Notes: a model not told the origin generated them from the letters alone. 64,000 nucleotides of DNA from an uncultured Planctomycetales bacterium (GCA_964569765.1 CAZMVY010000001.1:4-64003), one strand, 5' to 3'; numbered from the stretch's first letter, positions 27,409 through 37,106 are shown. Program-made: numbers and translations.

Positions 27409-28431
27409 TCACCGCATCGATGTCGTGCCGGACGTCGTCAGGAAGAGATCCCTGGCGAACTGGACGTACCTGCCGGAAAAGGCGTCCAGGTCTTCGGTGA
27501 TGTATTTGCGGAACACGATCTCGCCGAAGCTGAGGTTTGCGGCGGCCGGCGTGGCGACGCGGTAGGCGTTCAACGCGACGCGCATGGTCTCAGTGCCCGC
27601 ATCGGCCAGCAGCGTGCGGAAACCATCGCGATACGTCTTGTCGGGGCCCTCCAGGAGGAAAAGGGTCATCGACCAGAGCTGCGCGTAGTATGTATCCGTG
27701 GGCCTTGCGGACGACTCGAGTACGTCGCCCGCGTTGATGCGGAGCAGTTCGGAGAGGTCGAAGAGGCCTTTTTCCTTGACGACCAGCGCCGTGCGGAGGT
27801 AGTTACGGCGAAAGTAATTCTTTCGCGGTTCGAAGCGGGGGATGCCGTTGGAGAGTTCGAATGCCTCCATCTGGGTCGCCAGGCCCTCGTTCAACCAGGC
27901 GGGGATCGCCAGCGGGAGATTGCGGGAGACGTACTGATGCCAACCCTCGTGAGCGGCCACGGCGAGCGTGCGGTCGCGCCCGAGCCAATACAGCACGGCG
28001 GTCGCCGTGGGAGAATCCGTATAGCCGCCGCTCTGGATGTTGCGATAAATCCTGGCCCGCTCGGGCACGAATTCGTCCGTAAAGCGGCCCCACTGCCACC
28101 GCGTTTCAAATACGTAGGTTGCCAGCGGTCCACGGGACTCGACGCGGGGCGGAATCAGTTCCTCATAGCGCCGGTAGCAGGACTCCAGGAAGCCGGGAAG
28201 CACATCGACGAGGACCTGGTCCTGCAGCGTGGTGCGAACGTCGAAGTGGTCCGTAATCAGGCGTTTGCCCTTCGCCCCGGCGTAGCCCCAGTCCTCCCGC
28301 GTCAGCGTGAAAGCGGGAGCACGGACGGGAGACTGGCAGCCCGCCAGGATCGCGGCGACCCCGACCGCCAGAATGGTGCGTGCCGCGCGTGGGCCCGCGC
28401 CCCGGAACACGGAACGTTGAATTTCGCTCAT
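27409..28431 (-). CDS. DUF1570-like putative metallopeptidase lipoprotein (HExxH)
   Basis: Lipobox VAAILAGC. HExxH in AVAAHEGWHQY, followed by NEGLATQME. Family assignment is from memory. Confidence 0.75.
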   Translation of the reverse strand: MSEIQRSVFRGAGPRAARTILAVGVAAILAGCQSPVRAPAFTLTREDWGYAGAKGKRLITDHFDVRTTLQDQVLVDVLPGFLESCYRRYEELIPPRVESRGPLATYVFETRWQWGRFTDEFVPERARIYRNIQSGGYTDSPTATAVLYWLGRDRTLAVAAHEGWHQYVSRNLPLAIPAWLNEGLATQMEAFELSNGIPRFEPRKNYFRRNYLRTALVVKEKGLFDLSELLRINAGDVLESSARPTDTYYAQLWSMTLFLLEGPDKTYRDGFRTLLADAGTETMRVALNAYRVATPAAANLSFGEIVFRKYITEDLDAFSGRYVQFARDLFLTTSGTTSMR

Positions 28432-28504
28432 ACCTCACCCGGGGGGAAAGGTTACGCGGCATCGCGAAGGCGGTCAAACCGCCGGTAGGCAGGGGTGGCC
28501 CGGC

Positions 28505-29554
28505 TCATTCAAGGCCCACGTAACGGTGAAGGAAGTAGCCCTGCTCCGGAATGCCCTCTTCGCGCTCGAAAACGGCTGCCACCTCGGCAAGCACCTCGGC
28601 GGGAAGGCGGCTGCCGTCCTGGAGCATGGGCGGCTCCACGCGGGACCAGTACGCACCGTGAGCGAGCAGGTGATCGACGGCGCGGCTGACATTGGAAAAG
28701 GCATTGCCGGACGGGCAGACCTTCACGATCTCGAAAAGGCGCGTCACGAGCCGTGTAAGCTTGCCGGAGAGCCGCGCGGCCAGTTCACGCTCGCCCGCCG
28801 ACACCATGTCCACCAGGGTGCGCAGCGAATAGGCAATGAAGTTCGCCGTGCTCAACAGCAGGCCGTCGTACGGCCCCCCGGCGGGCTTGAGCGCCTCAAA
28901 GTAGTTCCCCTCGGCGCCCCGGACCGCCACGATGCCGTCGAGGCCGGAGCCGGTCCGCGCGATCTCGTCGGTACCGCTACTGTCCTTGAAAAGGTAGATG
29001 CCCGGGCACTCGGCCGTGATCGCAGCAAACGTTTCGGGCTCGATGCGGCAGCCGGTGACCTGGGGGAGCTGATACACGGCCACGGGCATGCCCATCGCGC
29101 GGAAAACGCGGACGTAGTGGTCGTGAATGGCGTGCTGGGAAACGTTCGCGCCAACAGGCGGGCAGACGGCGACCCCAGCGAAGCCTCGCACCCGGGCGTC
29201 GCCCAGGTGCGTGCGAATGGCCTGTGCGCGACGAAGAACCTCCTGCGTCGAAGGAGCAAGGGCGCCGACAAGGAACCTGGCATCCGGCGTCCAGTAAGCC
29301 TCATGCGCGGCGAACGTCAGAAGTTCATCGAACTGCTGGGGATCGAGGCTCCATCCGTCGCCCGTAGAACCGGCGAGAAGAAACTGGCGGACGTAGGGCG
29401 CGAGGGTGCGCATCTGGGCCGCGATGCGGCGGCGATCGACGGCGACGCGCCCGTGCCGCACGATGTAGTGTGTGAGCAACGGGCACCACAGCGGATCGAC
29501 ACCGCCGGGGAAAAGCTCCACGATCAGTTCCTTGCGGTGCATGGCACCTCGCAT
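28505..29554 (-). CDS. Dihydrodipicolinate synthase/N-acetylneuraminate lyase family protein
   Basis: DapA-family-like blocks LLAGSTGDG and GVAVCPP, and a Schiff-base Lys candidate in IYLFKDSSG. Start is ATG 29554 or 29542. Confidence 0.75.
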   Translation of the reverse strand: MRGAMHRKELIVELFPGGVDPLWCPLLTHYIVRHGRVAVDRRRIAAQMRTLAPYVRQFLLAGSTGDGWSLDPQQFDELLTFAAHEAYWTPDARFLVGALAPSTQEVLRRAQAIRTHLGDARVRGFAGVAVCPPVGANVSQHAIHDHYVRVFRAMGMPVAVYQLPQVTGCRIEPETFAAITAECPGIYLFKDSSGTDEIARTGSGLDGIVAVRGAEGNYFEALKPAGGPYDGLLLSTANFIAYSLRTLVDMVSAGERELAARLSGKLTRLVTRLFEIVKVCPSGNAFSNVSRAVDHLLAHGAYWSRVEPPMLQDGSRLPAEVLAEVAAVFEREEGIPEQGYFLHRYVGLE

Positions 29555-29602
29555 GCTATCCCGCCGGTACCGGCGTTCGCAAGCCGCGCCGGTTCTGCGC
29601 GC

Positions 29603-30625
29603 ATGCCGTGCCCCCCAGCCGTCTGCAACGCAGCGCGTGGCGACGCTGGCAATCGCGGCACGCCACGGATATATTTCCGGTCAACCGGCCTCCGCCGGAA
29701 GGCAAGACGCAGCAAAGGACGAAGACGCGGATGCGCGTGGCGCGGAAGCCGTTGCCTCGAAGGACTGACGAAACGGAGGCGCACCATCAACCGCATCGAC
29801 CAGAAGTTCCACGAACTCGCTGCGACGGCGCGCAAGGGCCTGCTGCCGTACATCACCGCCGGTTTCCCGACCCCGTCCGCAACGACCGAGATCCTCCGTC
29901 GCCTTGACGCGCTCGGCGTCGCCGGCGTCGAGGTGGGCTTCCCCTACTCCGATTCCATCGCTGACGGTCCCGTGATCCAGACCTCCTTCACGCGAGCGCT
30001 GGAGCGGGGCCTTCGTGTGAACGACATTTTTCGCGCGATCGAGGCGGCACGTTCCCGCGTGTGTGTTCCGCTCGTGGCCATGGTTTCATTTTCGATCGTC
30101 AATCGCATCGGCACGGAGACGTTCTGTCGGCGCGCGGCCGCGGCAGGCTTCGACGGACTCATCATCGCGGACCTGTCGTTCGAGGAGGCCCCGGCCGTCG
30201 CCGACACGGCCGCGCGCAGCGACCTGCGCCTCATCCTGCTGACCGGGCCGACCTCCACGCCGCAGCGACGGGAGCAGATCGCCAGGATTTCCACAGGCTT
30301 CGTGTACTATATGTCCGTGGCGGGCACGACCGGCGAACGCGACCGGCTCCCGGAGGACCTTATCGAGAATGTGCGAGAGCTCCGGCGCGTCGGGGGCAAA
30401 CCTGTTGTGGTGGGCTTCGGCATCAGCAGGCCGGAGCACGTGCGGTCGGTCTGTTCCGTAGCTGACGGGGCAATCGTCGGCAGCGCGATCGTTCGCCGGA
30501 TGCTCGACGCCGCGGCCGATCCGCGCGGGTGCGACGAGTCGGCCATCGCGGATGCCGTGGAGGCGTTCGTACGGGAACTGATGACCGGGCTGCCACAGCC
30601 GGCCCCCCGGGAAGCGAGAGGATGA
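29603..30625 (+). CDS. trpA: Tryptophan synthase alpha chain TrpA (start uncertain)
   Basis: LLPYITAGFP, GVEVGFPYSDSIADGPVIQ, GFVYYMSVAGTTG and VGFGIS. The only canonical in-frame start is ATG 29603. Homology begins near 29786 (ATC, 6 nt after GGAGG 29775-29779). The 5' part of ORF 28526..30625 is antisense to the dapA-like gene. Confidence 0.85.
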   Translation: MPCPPAVCNAARGDAGNRGTPRIYFRSTGLRRKARRSKGRRRGCAWRGSRCLEGLTKRRRTINRIDQKFHELAATARKGLLPYITAGFPTPSATTEILRRLDALGVAGVEVGFPYSDSIADGPVIQTSFTRALERGLRVNDIFRAIEAARSRVCVPLVAMVSFSIVNRIGTETFCRRAAAAGFDGLIIADLSFEEAPAVADTAARSDLRLILLTGPTSTPQRREQIARISTGFVYYMSVAGTTGERDRLPEDLIENVRELRRVGGKPVVVGFGISRPEHVRSVCSVADGAIVGSAIVRRMLDAAADPRGCDESAIADAVEAFVRELMTGLPQPAPREARG

Positions 30626-31497
30626 GGACTCCCGAACCGCAGCAGTGGGGTGCCGGAGGGCAACCGGCTTCTTCGGCTCCGTCTGATGCCGCGCCCGCCG
30701 TGGCGGCGCACCGCCCCGACCGCATGATCGAAGATACGTCCGACGAGGAACCCCTCCTGCGCTTCAAGCACCTGGCGGCGGAGCCGGGGCTCGTTCATGC
30801 GTTCGCGAGCCGGCCGTGGAACCTGGCGCCCCACCGCGGGCCGCAGCGAGAACTGGCCGTCGAGCGACGCCGGAGGATCTGCGCGGTCCTCGGCGTGGCG
30901 TTCGATCGGCTCACCTCCCCGCAGCAGGTACACGGCGCGGAAATCCTGCGGGTTGAAGAAACGGACATCGGCGCGGGGCGTCTGGGGCGGGCAGAGGCCG
31001 TACCCTTTGTGGACGGCCTCATCACGGAGCGGCCGGGCGTGCCGCTGGTTCTCCTGTCGGCAGACTGCCCGCTCGTGCTGGCGTACGATCCGCGCCGGTC
31101 CGCGCTGGGTATTGTGCACGCGAGCTGGCTGGGCACGGCCGCGGGAATCACGACCCGGCTGGTGGAGCGGCTGCACGCGGAGTTCGGTTGCGACGCCGCC
31201 GACCTTCGAGCGGCCATCGCGCCCTGCGCAGGGCCGTGCTGTTACGAGGTCGGCAACGAGGTCCTGCGGATCTTCCGAACGCGATTTGCCGAGGGGGATC
31301 GGTTTTTCCGGCCCGCCGGAGATCGATTCCTGTTGGATCTGTGGGAGGCGAACCAGGCGCAATTGCTTTCGGCCGGGGTCCGGCCGGAGCGGATCGAACG
31401 CGCCGATCTCTGCACGATCTGCACCGGACGCTTCTGGAGCCATCGTCGCGACGGTGCCGATGCAGGGCGGAGCGCCCTGTTCGCCGCCCTCGTGTAG
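30622..31497 (+). CDS. pgeF: Peptidoglycan editing factor PgeF (YfiH/DUF152, laccase-domain protein)
   Basis: QVHGAEI, SADCPLVL, IVHASWLGTAAG, CCYEVG and WSHRRDG. ATG 30622 overlaps the trpA stop as ATGA. Confidence 0.85.
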   Translation: MRTPEPQQWGAGGQPASSAPSDAAPAVAAHRPDRMIEDTSDEEPLLRFKHLAAEPGLVHAFASRPWNLAPHRGPQRELAVERRRRICAVLGVAFDRLTSPQQVHGAEILRVEETDIGAGRLGRAEAVPFVDGLITERPGVPLVLLSADCPLVLAYDPRRSALGIVHASWLGTAAGITTRLVERLHAEFGCDAADLRAAIAPCAGPCCYEVGNEVLRIFRTRFAEGDRFFRPAGDRFLLDLWEANQAQLLSAGVRPERIERADLCTICTGRFWSHRRDGADAGRSALFAALV

Positions 31498-31616
31498 GCC
31501 GCCCGGGCGTAAGTAGACATACGCCGCAAGGCACTGGCCTGCCGGGGCATCACGGACGTAGAATGAAGGTCGGGGATCGTCGGGCTTGGACGAGATTCCG
31601 GAAGGCGGGTAGGACG

Positions 31617-32468
31617 ATGCCACTGCGGGTCATTTTCCTGTGCGGGCCACCCGGGGGAGGCAAGTCAACGCTGGCGGGCCTCCTGACCCGTGAGGTACTC
31701 CAGAGGCCGCCGCATTACATCCGGCTTTATCCTTCCGCGGCGAACGGCGAGCCGGCCCTTCATCTGGCCCCTGCGACAGACTTGCAGGGAATGGCATCGT
31801 TCCAGCAGACCGCCTACACGCCCGAGCGTGTTTTTGAAATCCTGCCGGAGGTGCTTCGCAACGTCCGGCGGCAGCAGCGCTACGCCACGGTGCTGATCGA
31901 GGCCGACGCCGATCCGTGTTTGCGACACGCGTTTCCGTACGATCACCGCCTTTTCGTCATGTCAGCGCCCGATGACGTCTACCGTGTATTCCGCCGGCCG
32001 GCGGAGGCGTCGGCAGCCCTCAAGGAAGTCATGGAAGACACCTCGGCGTTTGCCTCGGAGATTTTCGGCCTCTTCGAGGGCGCGGGGTGGGGCGACGAGG
32101 AGGGCGTTCACCACCGCAAGCGGGTGCGGACGGAGGATGGGGTCGAAGAGCAGCTCGAGGTGTCGGAGCAACAGGTCCGCCGGTTTCTGCTCTCCCCGCT
32201 GGGGGCGGAGATCGCCTCGCGGATTCAGCTCCAGCCGGAATACCACGGGATGGTGGAGAGCGATGTGGTCCTGATCAACACGGCCATCGGCCCGTGCACC
32301 GCCTCGGTGGAGGAGTGCGTGCGACGGATCGAAGTGCTGATGGGTCGGATCCGCAGTCAGACCCGGCGCGATAATGTTTTTTACTGTTGTGACCCGTTGA
32401 GCCCGGACGATCCTCGCCGCGACGCCCTTCTTCAGCGACTGCGCGGATTGCTGCTGGAGCCGCTGTAA
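31617..32468 (+). CDS. Orphan P-loop NTPase-like hypothetical protein
   Basis: ORF 31188..32468 trimmed to ATG 31617 (alternative 31563). Walker A in IFLCGPPGGGKST. Walker-B-like ATVLIEADADP. No further family motif recognised. Confidence 0.6.
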   Translation: MPLRVIFLCGPPGGGKSTLAGLLTREVLQRPPHYIRLYPSAANGEPALHLAPATDLQGMASFQQTAYTPERVFEILPEVLRNVRRQQRYATVLIEADADPCLRHAFPYDHRLFVMSAPDDVYRVFRRPAEASAALKEVMEDTSAFASEIFGLFEGAGWGDEEGVHHRKRVRTEDGVEEQLEVSEQQVRRFLLSPLGAEIASRIQLQPEYHGMVESDVVLINTAIGPCTASVEECVRRIEVLMGRIRSQTRRDNVFYCCDPLSPDDPRRDALLQRLRGLLLEPL

Positions 32469-32784
32469 ACGCGCTGGCCGTCAACGCGACCCGGGCGAGC
32501 CATCCGCGGCGGCGGATGCCGCAACCGGGCAGTGCCGTCTTGGGCAACAGACAGTCTCTCGCGCAGCGTGCAGCGCGGCGGATCGGGGTGCGCCCCCCCT
32601 ATACCGTGGTCGCCGGGGTTCCACTCCGCCGGTGCGGCATCCCGGACGGAGGCCGGCAACGAACGAGACTCTCGAACCGAAAAGGGTAGTAGCGCCGCAC
32701 GCGCCGGCGCATACAGGACCGGAATAGAGCGATTCGAGGGTGGTGCAGCAGAAGCAGAAAAGCCGACGGAGGGGTCCGAGCCGG

Positions 32785-33228
32785 TCAGAGGGTGGCCTCA
32801 CGGGCGGCCAGAGGCCGGCGGCCGGAAGCGCCATCGAGCACCTCGTGCCAGTATTCGATCGTCTCCTCGCCCAGCTTCCAGCAGAGATAGACCTGTCGGC
32901 CGTCCATGATTGCAGGGAAGTCCACCAGGCCGATCTCGTAATCCTTCAACTCGCATCCGATGAGGTCGAGCTCCTCTGCCAGCTCGCTGAGACGATGCGC
33001 CACTTCCTGGCGGCGGTCGCGTGCCGCCTCGAGCGCCTCCGACGGGCCCTGGCGCAACAGTTCCTGGTATCCCTTCTGGACGTCGAGGAGCATGAGATAC
33101 TGTCGGACGATGTCGATCACGATGCGTCGAACGAGCGGCAGCGCTCGCCGGGCCGTCTCGATAGTGAAGACCTTCTGGCCCCGGAATCCTTTGGCCGCCT
33201 TCGGGGCGGTCGCTTTGAATGCGTCCAT
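32785..33228 (-). CDS. DUF2203 family protein
   Basis: 147 aa. C-terminal GCELKDYEIGLVDFPAIMDGRQVYLCWKLGEETIEYWH matches DUF2203 as I recall it. Confidence 0.75.
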   Translation of the reverse strand: MDAFKATAPKAAKGFRGQKVFTIETARRALPLVRRIVIDIVRQYLMLLDVQKGYQELLRQGPSEALEAARDRRQEVAHRLSELAEELDLIGCELKDYEIGLVDFPAIMDGRQVYLCWKLGEETIEYWHEVLDGASGRRPLAAREATL

Positions 33229-33270
33229 GATCGGCGCTCCTGCACGTGATAGGCCTCGCCCGTTTCTTTC

Positions 33271-33299
33271 CTTGTATCAGCCGGACCGCGTGTTGTCAA
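33271..33299 (-). promoter_or_regulatory. Sigma70-like promoter for the DUF2203 gene
   Basis: Minus strand reads TTGACA (33299-33294), a 17-nt spacer, then TACAAG (33276-33271). About 43 nt upstream of ATG 33228. Confidence 0.45.
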
Positions 33300-33432
33300 C
33301 GCGGTAGACCGCGCTTTGCGGGAAACTATTAGAAAAGTTGCAGGTTTTCGGACTCCGAAGGTGCGGGGCGATAATGTCGGCGTTGTCCCGGCCGTCCCGG
33401 CTGCCGCCGACTGCCGCAGCCCGCGCGCCGGC

Positions 33433-34119
33433 TCACTCGCGTGGCAGTTCCGCGATCGCCTCGTTCGAGCCGATGATGATGAGAATGTCCTCGGGAAGAA
33501 TCATCGTGTCCGCATGCGGAATGATCACCACCTGGGTCTCGGCGACCCCGCGATAGTCGCTGACTTTCACGTCGACATGGCGGCGGATCGCGACGAGCAA
33601 CAGGTTGTGCTGCTGGCGCAGGCGAAGCTGCTCGAGCGTCTTGTGGTGAAAGCTCTTCGGCGCGATCAGTTCGATCAGGCCGTGCCCCTCGCCGAGTTCG
33701 ATGTAGTTGCTCAGCTCGGGCATCATCAGGCGTTGGGCCCAGCGGACGGCGGTCTCCCTCTCCGGGTAGATGACGGTGTCGGCACCGATGCGGCTGAGGA
33801 TCTCGCCGCGCACATGGCTGACGGCGCGGCTGATGACCCGGGGCACGCCGATCGCCTTGAGGTTGGCGGTGGTCAGGGCGGCGGCCTCAAAGTCCTCGCC
33901 GATGCCGACGATGGCGGCGTCCACCTTGTCGATACCCTGCGTGCGGAGCGCCTCCTCGTCCATGCTGTCGAGGCGGATGGCCAGAGTCACCTCGTCGCGA
34001 AGGTCCTCGACGAGCTGCCGGTTGGAATCGATGGCGATCACCTCGCCGCCGGCAGCGGTAAGCTCCCGCGCCAGCGTCGCGCCAAAGCGCCCCAGCCCGA
34101 TGACGGCAAATCGCGGCAT
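33433..34119 (-). CDS. trkA: K+ uptake RCK/NAD-binding subunit (TrkA/KtrA family)
   Basis: MPRFAVIGLGRFGATLARELTAAGGEVIAID (Rossmann GxGxxG). C-terminal RCK_C-like region. ATG 34119 lies 2 nt after the trkH stop. Confidence 0.9.
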   Translation of the reverse strand: MPRFAVIGLGRFGATLARELTAAGGEVIAIDSNRQLVEDLRDEVTLAIRLDSMDEEALRTQGIDKVDAAIVGIGEDFEAAALTTANLKAIGVPRVISRAVSHVRGEILSRIGADTVIYPERETAVRWAQRLMMPELSNYIELGEGHGLIELIAPKSFHHKTLEQLRLRQQHNLLLVAIRRHVDVKVSDYRGVAETQVVIIPHADTMILPEDILIIIGSNEAIAELPRE

Positions 34120-34121
34120 GG

Positions 34122-36047
34122 TCAACCGATGATTGGCTGCTCCTCAGGATACTCGTACCCGGCGCGCCGCGCCCGGCCCGCAAGGGCCACGAGCAGCGTC
34201 AGAGGGCCGACGCGACCGGCGAACATGCACAGGATAATCAGGATTCGCCCGATTTTTGTCAAATTGGGGGTGATTCCCGTGGAGAGGCCGACAGTGCCGC
34301 TTGCGGAAATCGTCTCGAAGAGAAGCTGCAACAGCGAATGCGACTCGAAATAGCACAACAGCCAGGTCACCAGGAACACCATGCCGAACATCAGCGCCGT
34401 TACCACGAAGGCGCGGCCGACGACCGCCGGCGAGATGGACCGGCGAAAGGCCTCGACGTGGTCGCGTCCGCGGAGGACCGCGGCGACGGAGGCGAGCAGG
34501 ACTGCAAACGTCACGGTCTTGATGCCGCCCGCAGTGGACGCCGGCGAGCCGCCGATAAACATCAGCAGACAGAGAAGGTAGTGCGTCGCGGGCGAGAGGG
34601 ACTCCTCGTCCGTGCGAACCGTGGTGAAGCCGGCCGTCCGCGGCGTCACCGCCAGGAACAGCGCGGCCCACGCCCGCTCCCCGGCCGACATGGATGACAT
34701 GCAGTCCGGTGCCGTTTTCACCAGCACCTGGCGGTCCATCCGCACCTCGTACCGTTTCGTCCATCGGGCGGGAGTCTCCAAAACCCAGAGAAGAACGGCG
34801 CCGCCGAGGATCAGCCCGGCGCTTGTCACGATCGCCAGCTTCGTGTGGAGCGAATAGTGCGGCAGGCGGCGTCGCGGCGGAGGAGGCAGCCGACACACCC
34901 GTGCCCAGAGCCGGCTAAGAACCCATCTTGCCCGCGCCATCGCGTGCGAATGCACCTCGCGCAGCACGGGGAAGCCCAGCCCCCCCAGCACGATGAGCGG
35001 CATGATCGCACCGTAGACCTGCCAGCATCGACGATACGGGACGAGGTTATTGTCGTTCAGGGCCAGGCCGGCATTGCAGAACGCGCTGACGGAATGGAAG
35101 ACGCTCCAGAACCATCGTCCCCCGGCCGCCGCATCCGCCTCCGTCCACATCGGATAGAGAACCACGGCGCCAACCCCTTCGATCGCCAGTGTGCTGATGC
35201 AGACGAACTTCACGATCCGACCGACCTCGCCGCCGGCCCTTTCGCTCAGGACATCCTGCACGACCAGCGACTCGCGCAAGCCGATCTGCCGACCGGCGAG
35301 CATCGCGAACACGGTGCCCATCACCATGATCCCCAGCCCCCCCATCTGGATCAGGATCAGGATGATGACCTGGCCGGCAAAGGTAAAGTCGTATCCCGTC
35401 CGGTAGACGGTCAACCCCGTGACGCATGTCGCACTCGTGGCGGTAAACAGGCAGTTGATGACATGCTCGCGCCACTGGTACGGGTGCTCACCCGCCAGGA
35501 TGGGCCGGGAAACCGTGGGCAGAGTCAGAAGGAAACCGCCGAGCAGGATTACGCCCGCGAAGCTGATCACCACCAGGGCAGGCGGCCGCAGGCCGGTCCG
35601 GATCGCACCGATCCGGACGCGATACAGGGCCAGACCGTACTGGATCACCACCACGACACCGAGCAGGATGAGATAAACGGTGGCGGCCCGGTGCACCGGG
35701 TGCAGATAAGCATCCGCGTCCAGTATCACCAGGATCGCCCCCGCCAGAATCAGGGTGTAGTCCAGCCAGCGGCGGCGCAGCTCGCCCACTGCCGCGGAAA
35801 ACGGCACAAGCAGCATCAAACGGTCAAGCACGAAGATGGCGACGGCGGCAATCTCGATCACCTCGAGCAGGCCGTTTGGCAACAGGGGCGGATCAAACCC
35901 GTACTGGAGAACCAGCGCAATCGCTGCGGCGATGACGAGAGCGGCAAGCGCCCGCGCAACGACCGTTCGCACCGGGTGCCGTGCACGGGGCGCGGAGGCC
36001 GCGGCGGAACGTCGGAAATCATCGATGCTGGACCTTTTCGGTGCCAT
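34122..36047 (-). CDS. trkH: TrkH/KtrB family K+ transporter with ~150-aa N-terminal 4-TM extension
   Basis: Selectivity-filter-like TATCVTGL, NAGL, TAGFTT and SASGTVGLSTG. Start is ATG 36047 or GTG 36065. Confidence 0.88.
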   Translation of the reverse strand: MAPKRSSIDDFRRSAAASAPRARHPVRTVVARALAALVIAAAIALVLQYGFDPPLLPNGLLEVIEIAAVAIFVLDRLMLLVPFSAAVGELRRRWLDYTLILAGAILVILDADAYLHPVHRAATVYLILLGVVVVIQYGLALYRVRIGAIRTGLRPPALVVISFAGVILLGGFLLTLPTVSRPILAGEHPYQWREHVINCLFTATSATCVTGLTVYRTGYDFTFAGQVIILILIQMGGLGIMVMGTVFAMLAGRQIGLRESLVVQDVLSERAGGEVGRIVKFVCISTLAIEGVGAVVLYPMWTEADAAAGGRWFWSVFHSVSAFCNAGLALNDNNLVPYRRCWQVYGAIMPLIVLGGLGFPVLREVHSHAMARARWVLSRLWARVCRLPPPPRRRLPHYSLHTKLAIVTSAGLILGGAVLLWVLETPARWTKRYEVRMDRQVLVKTAPDCMSSMSAGERAWAALFLAVTPRTAGFTTVRTDEESLSPATHYLLCLLMFIGGSPASTAGGIKTVTFAVLLASVAAVLRGRDHVEAFRRSISPAVVGRAFVVTALMFGMVFLVTWLLCYFESHSLLQLLFETISASGTVGLSTGITPNLTKIGRILIILCMFAGRVGPLTLLVALAGRARRAGYEYPEEQPIIG

Positions 36048-36089
36048 TCGACCGGCCGGGCACACAAAGGAAGAACCGCCGCGCGCGGA

Positions 36090-36485
36090 TCACTTCGTAC
36101 CGTATACCTTGCCGGGGTCGAAGAGCCGCTCTGCGATGACCGTCCACTCGCCGTCGTCCTGAAGCCGGCGGAAGAAGCAGCTCCTGTACCCTTCGTGACA
36201 GGCCGCGCCGGTCTGCCGAACCTTGATCAGGAGCGTGTCACGGTCGCAGTCAATGTACACGCCGACAACCTCCTGCACGTGACCGGACGATTCGCCCTTC
36301 ATCCAGTACTTCTGTCGCGACCGCGACCAGAAGTGGGTCCGCCCGGTGCGGATCGTATCCGCCAGGCTGTCCCTGTTCATGTAGGCCATCATCAGAACCT
36401 CGTTCGTGTCGGCGTCCTGAATGATGGCGGGGATCAGCCCGGCCGCGTCGTACTTGAGCCCTTCCGTTCCGTGCATGGTGAGCAT
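36090..36485 (-). CDS. hisI: Phosphoribosyl-AMP cyclohydrolase HisI (monofunctional)
   Basis: [40 protein letters not shown] and [20 protein letters not shown] 36090..36698 trimmed to ATG 36485. Confidence 0.9.
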   Translation of the reverse strand: MLTMHGTEGLKYDAAGLIPAIIQDADTNEVLMMAYMNRDSLADTIRTGRTHFWSRSRQKYWMKGESSGHVQEVVGVYIDCDRDTLLIKVRQTGAACHEGYRSCFFRRLQDDGEWTVIAERLFDPGKVYGTK

Positions 36486-36640
36486 GTTACCATTGCGGGG
36501 CGGCATTGGCCAGACGGCTACGGGACCGCATCGGCGCGTTCGTCCGCGGTCGGTTGCCTCGCCGAGCCGACGGTTCGCGGCGGCAGGGCGCATGGCATCG
36601 CCGCCCAGACCCGTCTCGCGCCGGGATACCGTCGGACCGA

Positions 36641-36829
36641 TCAGCCGCGCAAGGTGTGGGTGTGAACCGGTGTGTCGGTGCGTCGGCGATGCGAACACCG
36701 CGGACAGATCCGATTGCCGGGGCCGCTGGAGAGAAACTGATGATCGCAGACCAGGCAGATGCGGCGGCGGGCAAGCTGGGAATCAAGCGGATCGGGCTTG
36801 GAGTTGTTGGCATTTCGCTTACTCACGAG
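36641..36829 (-). CDS. Small basic zinc-ribbon protein (62 aa), hypothetical
   Basis: GTG 36829, 7 nt after GGAGG. CLVC..x13..CPRC. Lies within ORF 36641..36931. No family recognised. Confidence 0.45.
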   Translation of the reverse strand, partial: LVSKRNANNSKPDPLDSQLARRRICLVCDHQFLSSGPGNRICPRCSHRRRTDTPVHTHTLRG

Positions 36830-37106
36830 CCTACCTCCTGCCGTGGGTTTCGCCACGGTCCGGCCCCGAGACCCGGCGGCGACCTCGTCGAACGTCGTCC
36901 GCACTGCACCGAGGCGCCGCATGACGGCCACTGGCGAATTGCGTTATGTCGAACATGCAGATGGCCTGAATGACCACCCTGTCCGGATCAGTATAGCCGA
37001 TATCTCCGCCGGGCACAACACCGGCGAGCCGCTACACACGGTCTATGACTATGACGCTCTCCGGCCTCACGCAGTTCTCGACAGTTCTTCCGGATTCCGC
37101 AGCGGC

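Noticed and set aside
28526-29602. 5' two-thirds of the 699-aa plus-strand ORF ending as trpA
   Set aside because: This part is antisense to the DapA-family gene and has no TrpA similarity. TrpA homology starts only near 29786.
34845-36665. 606-aa plus-strand ORF
   Set aside because: It is antisense to trkH and hisI and crosses their intergenic gap. It is H/R/D/G/P-rich with no motifs.
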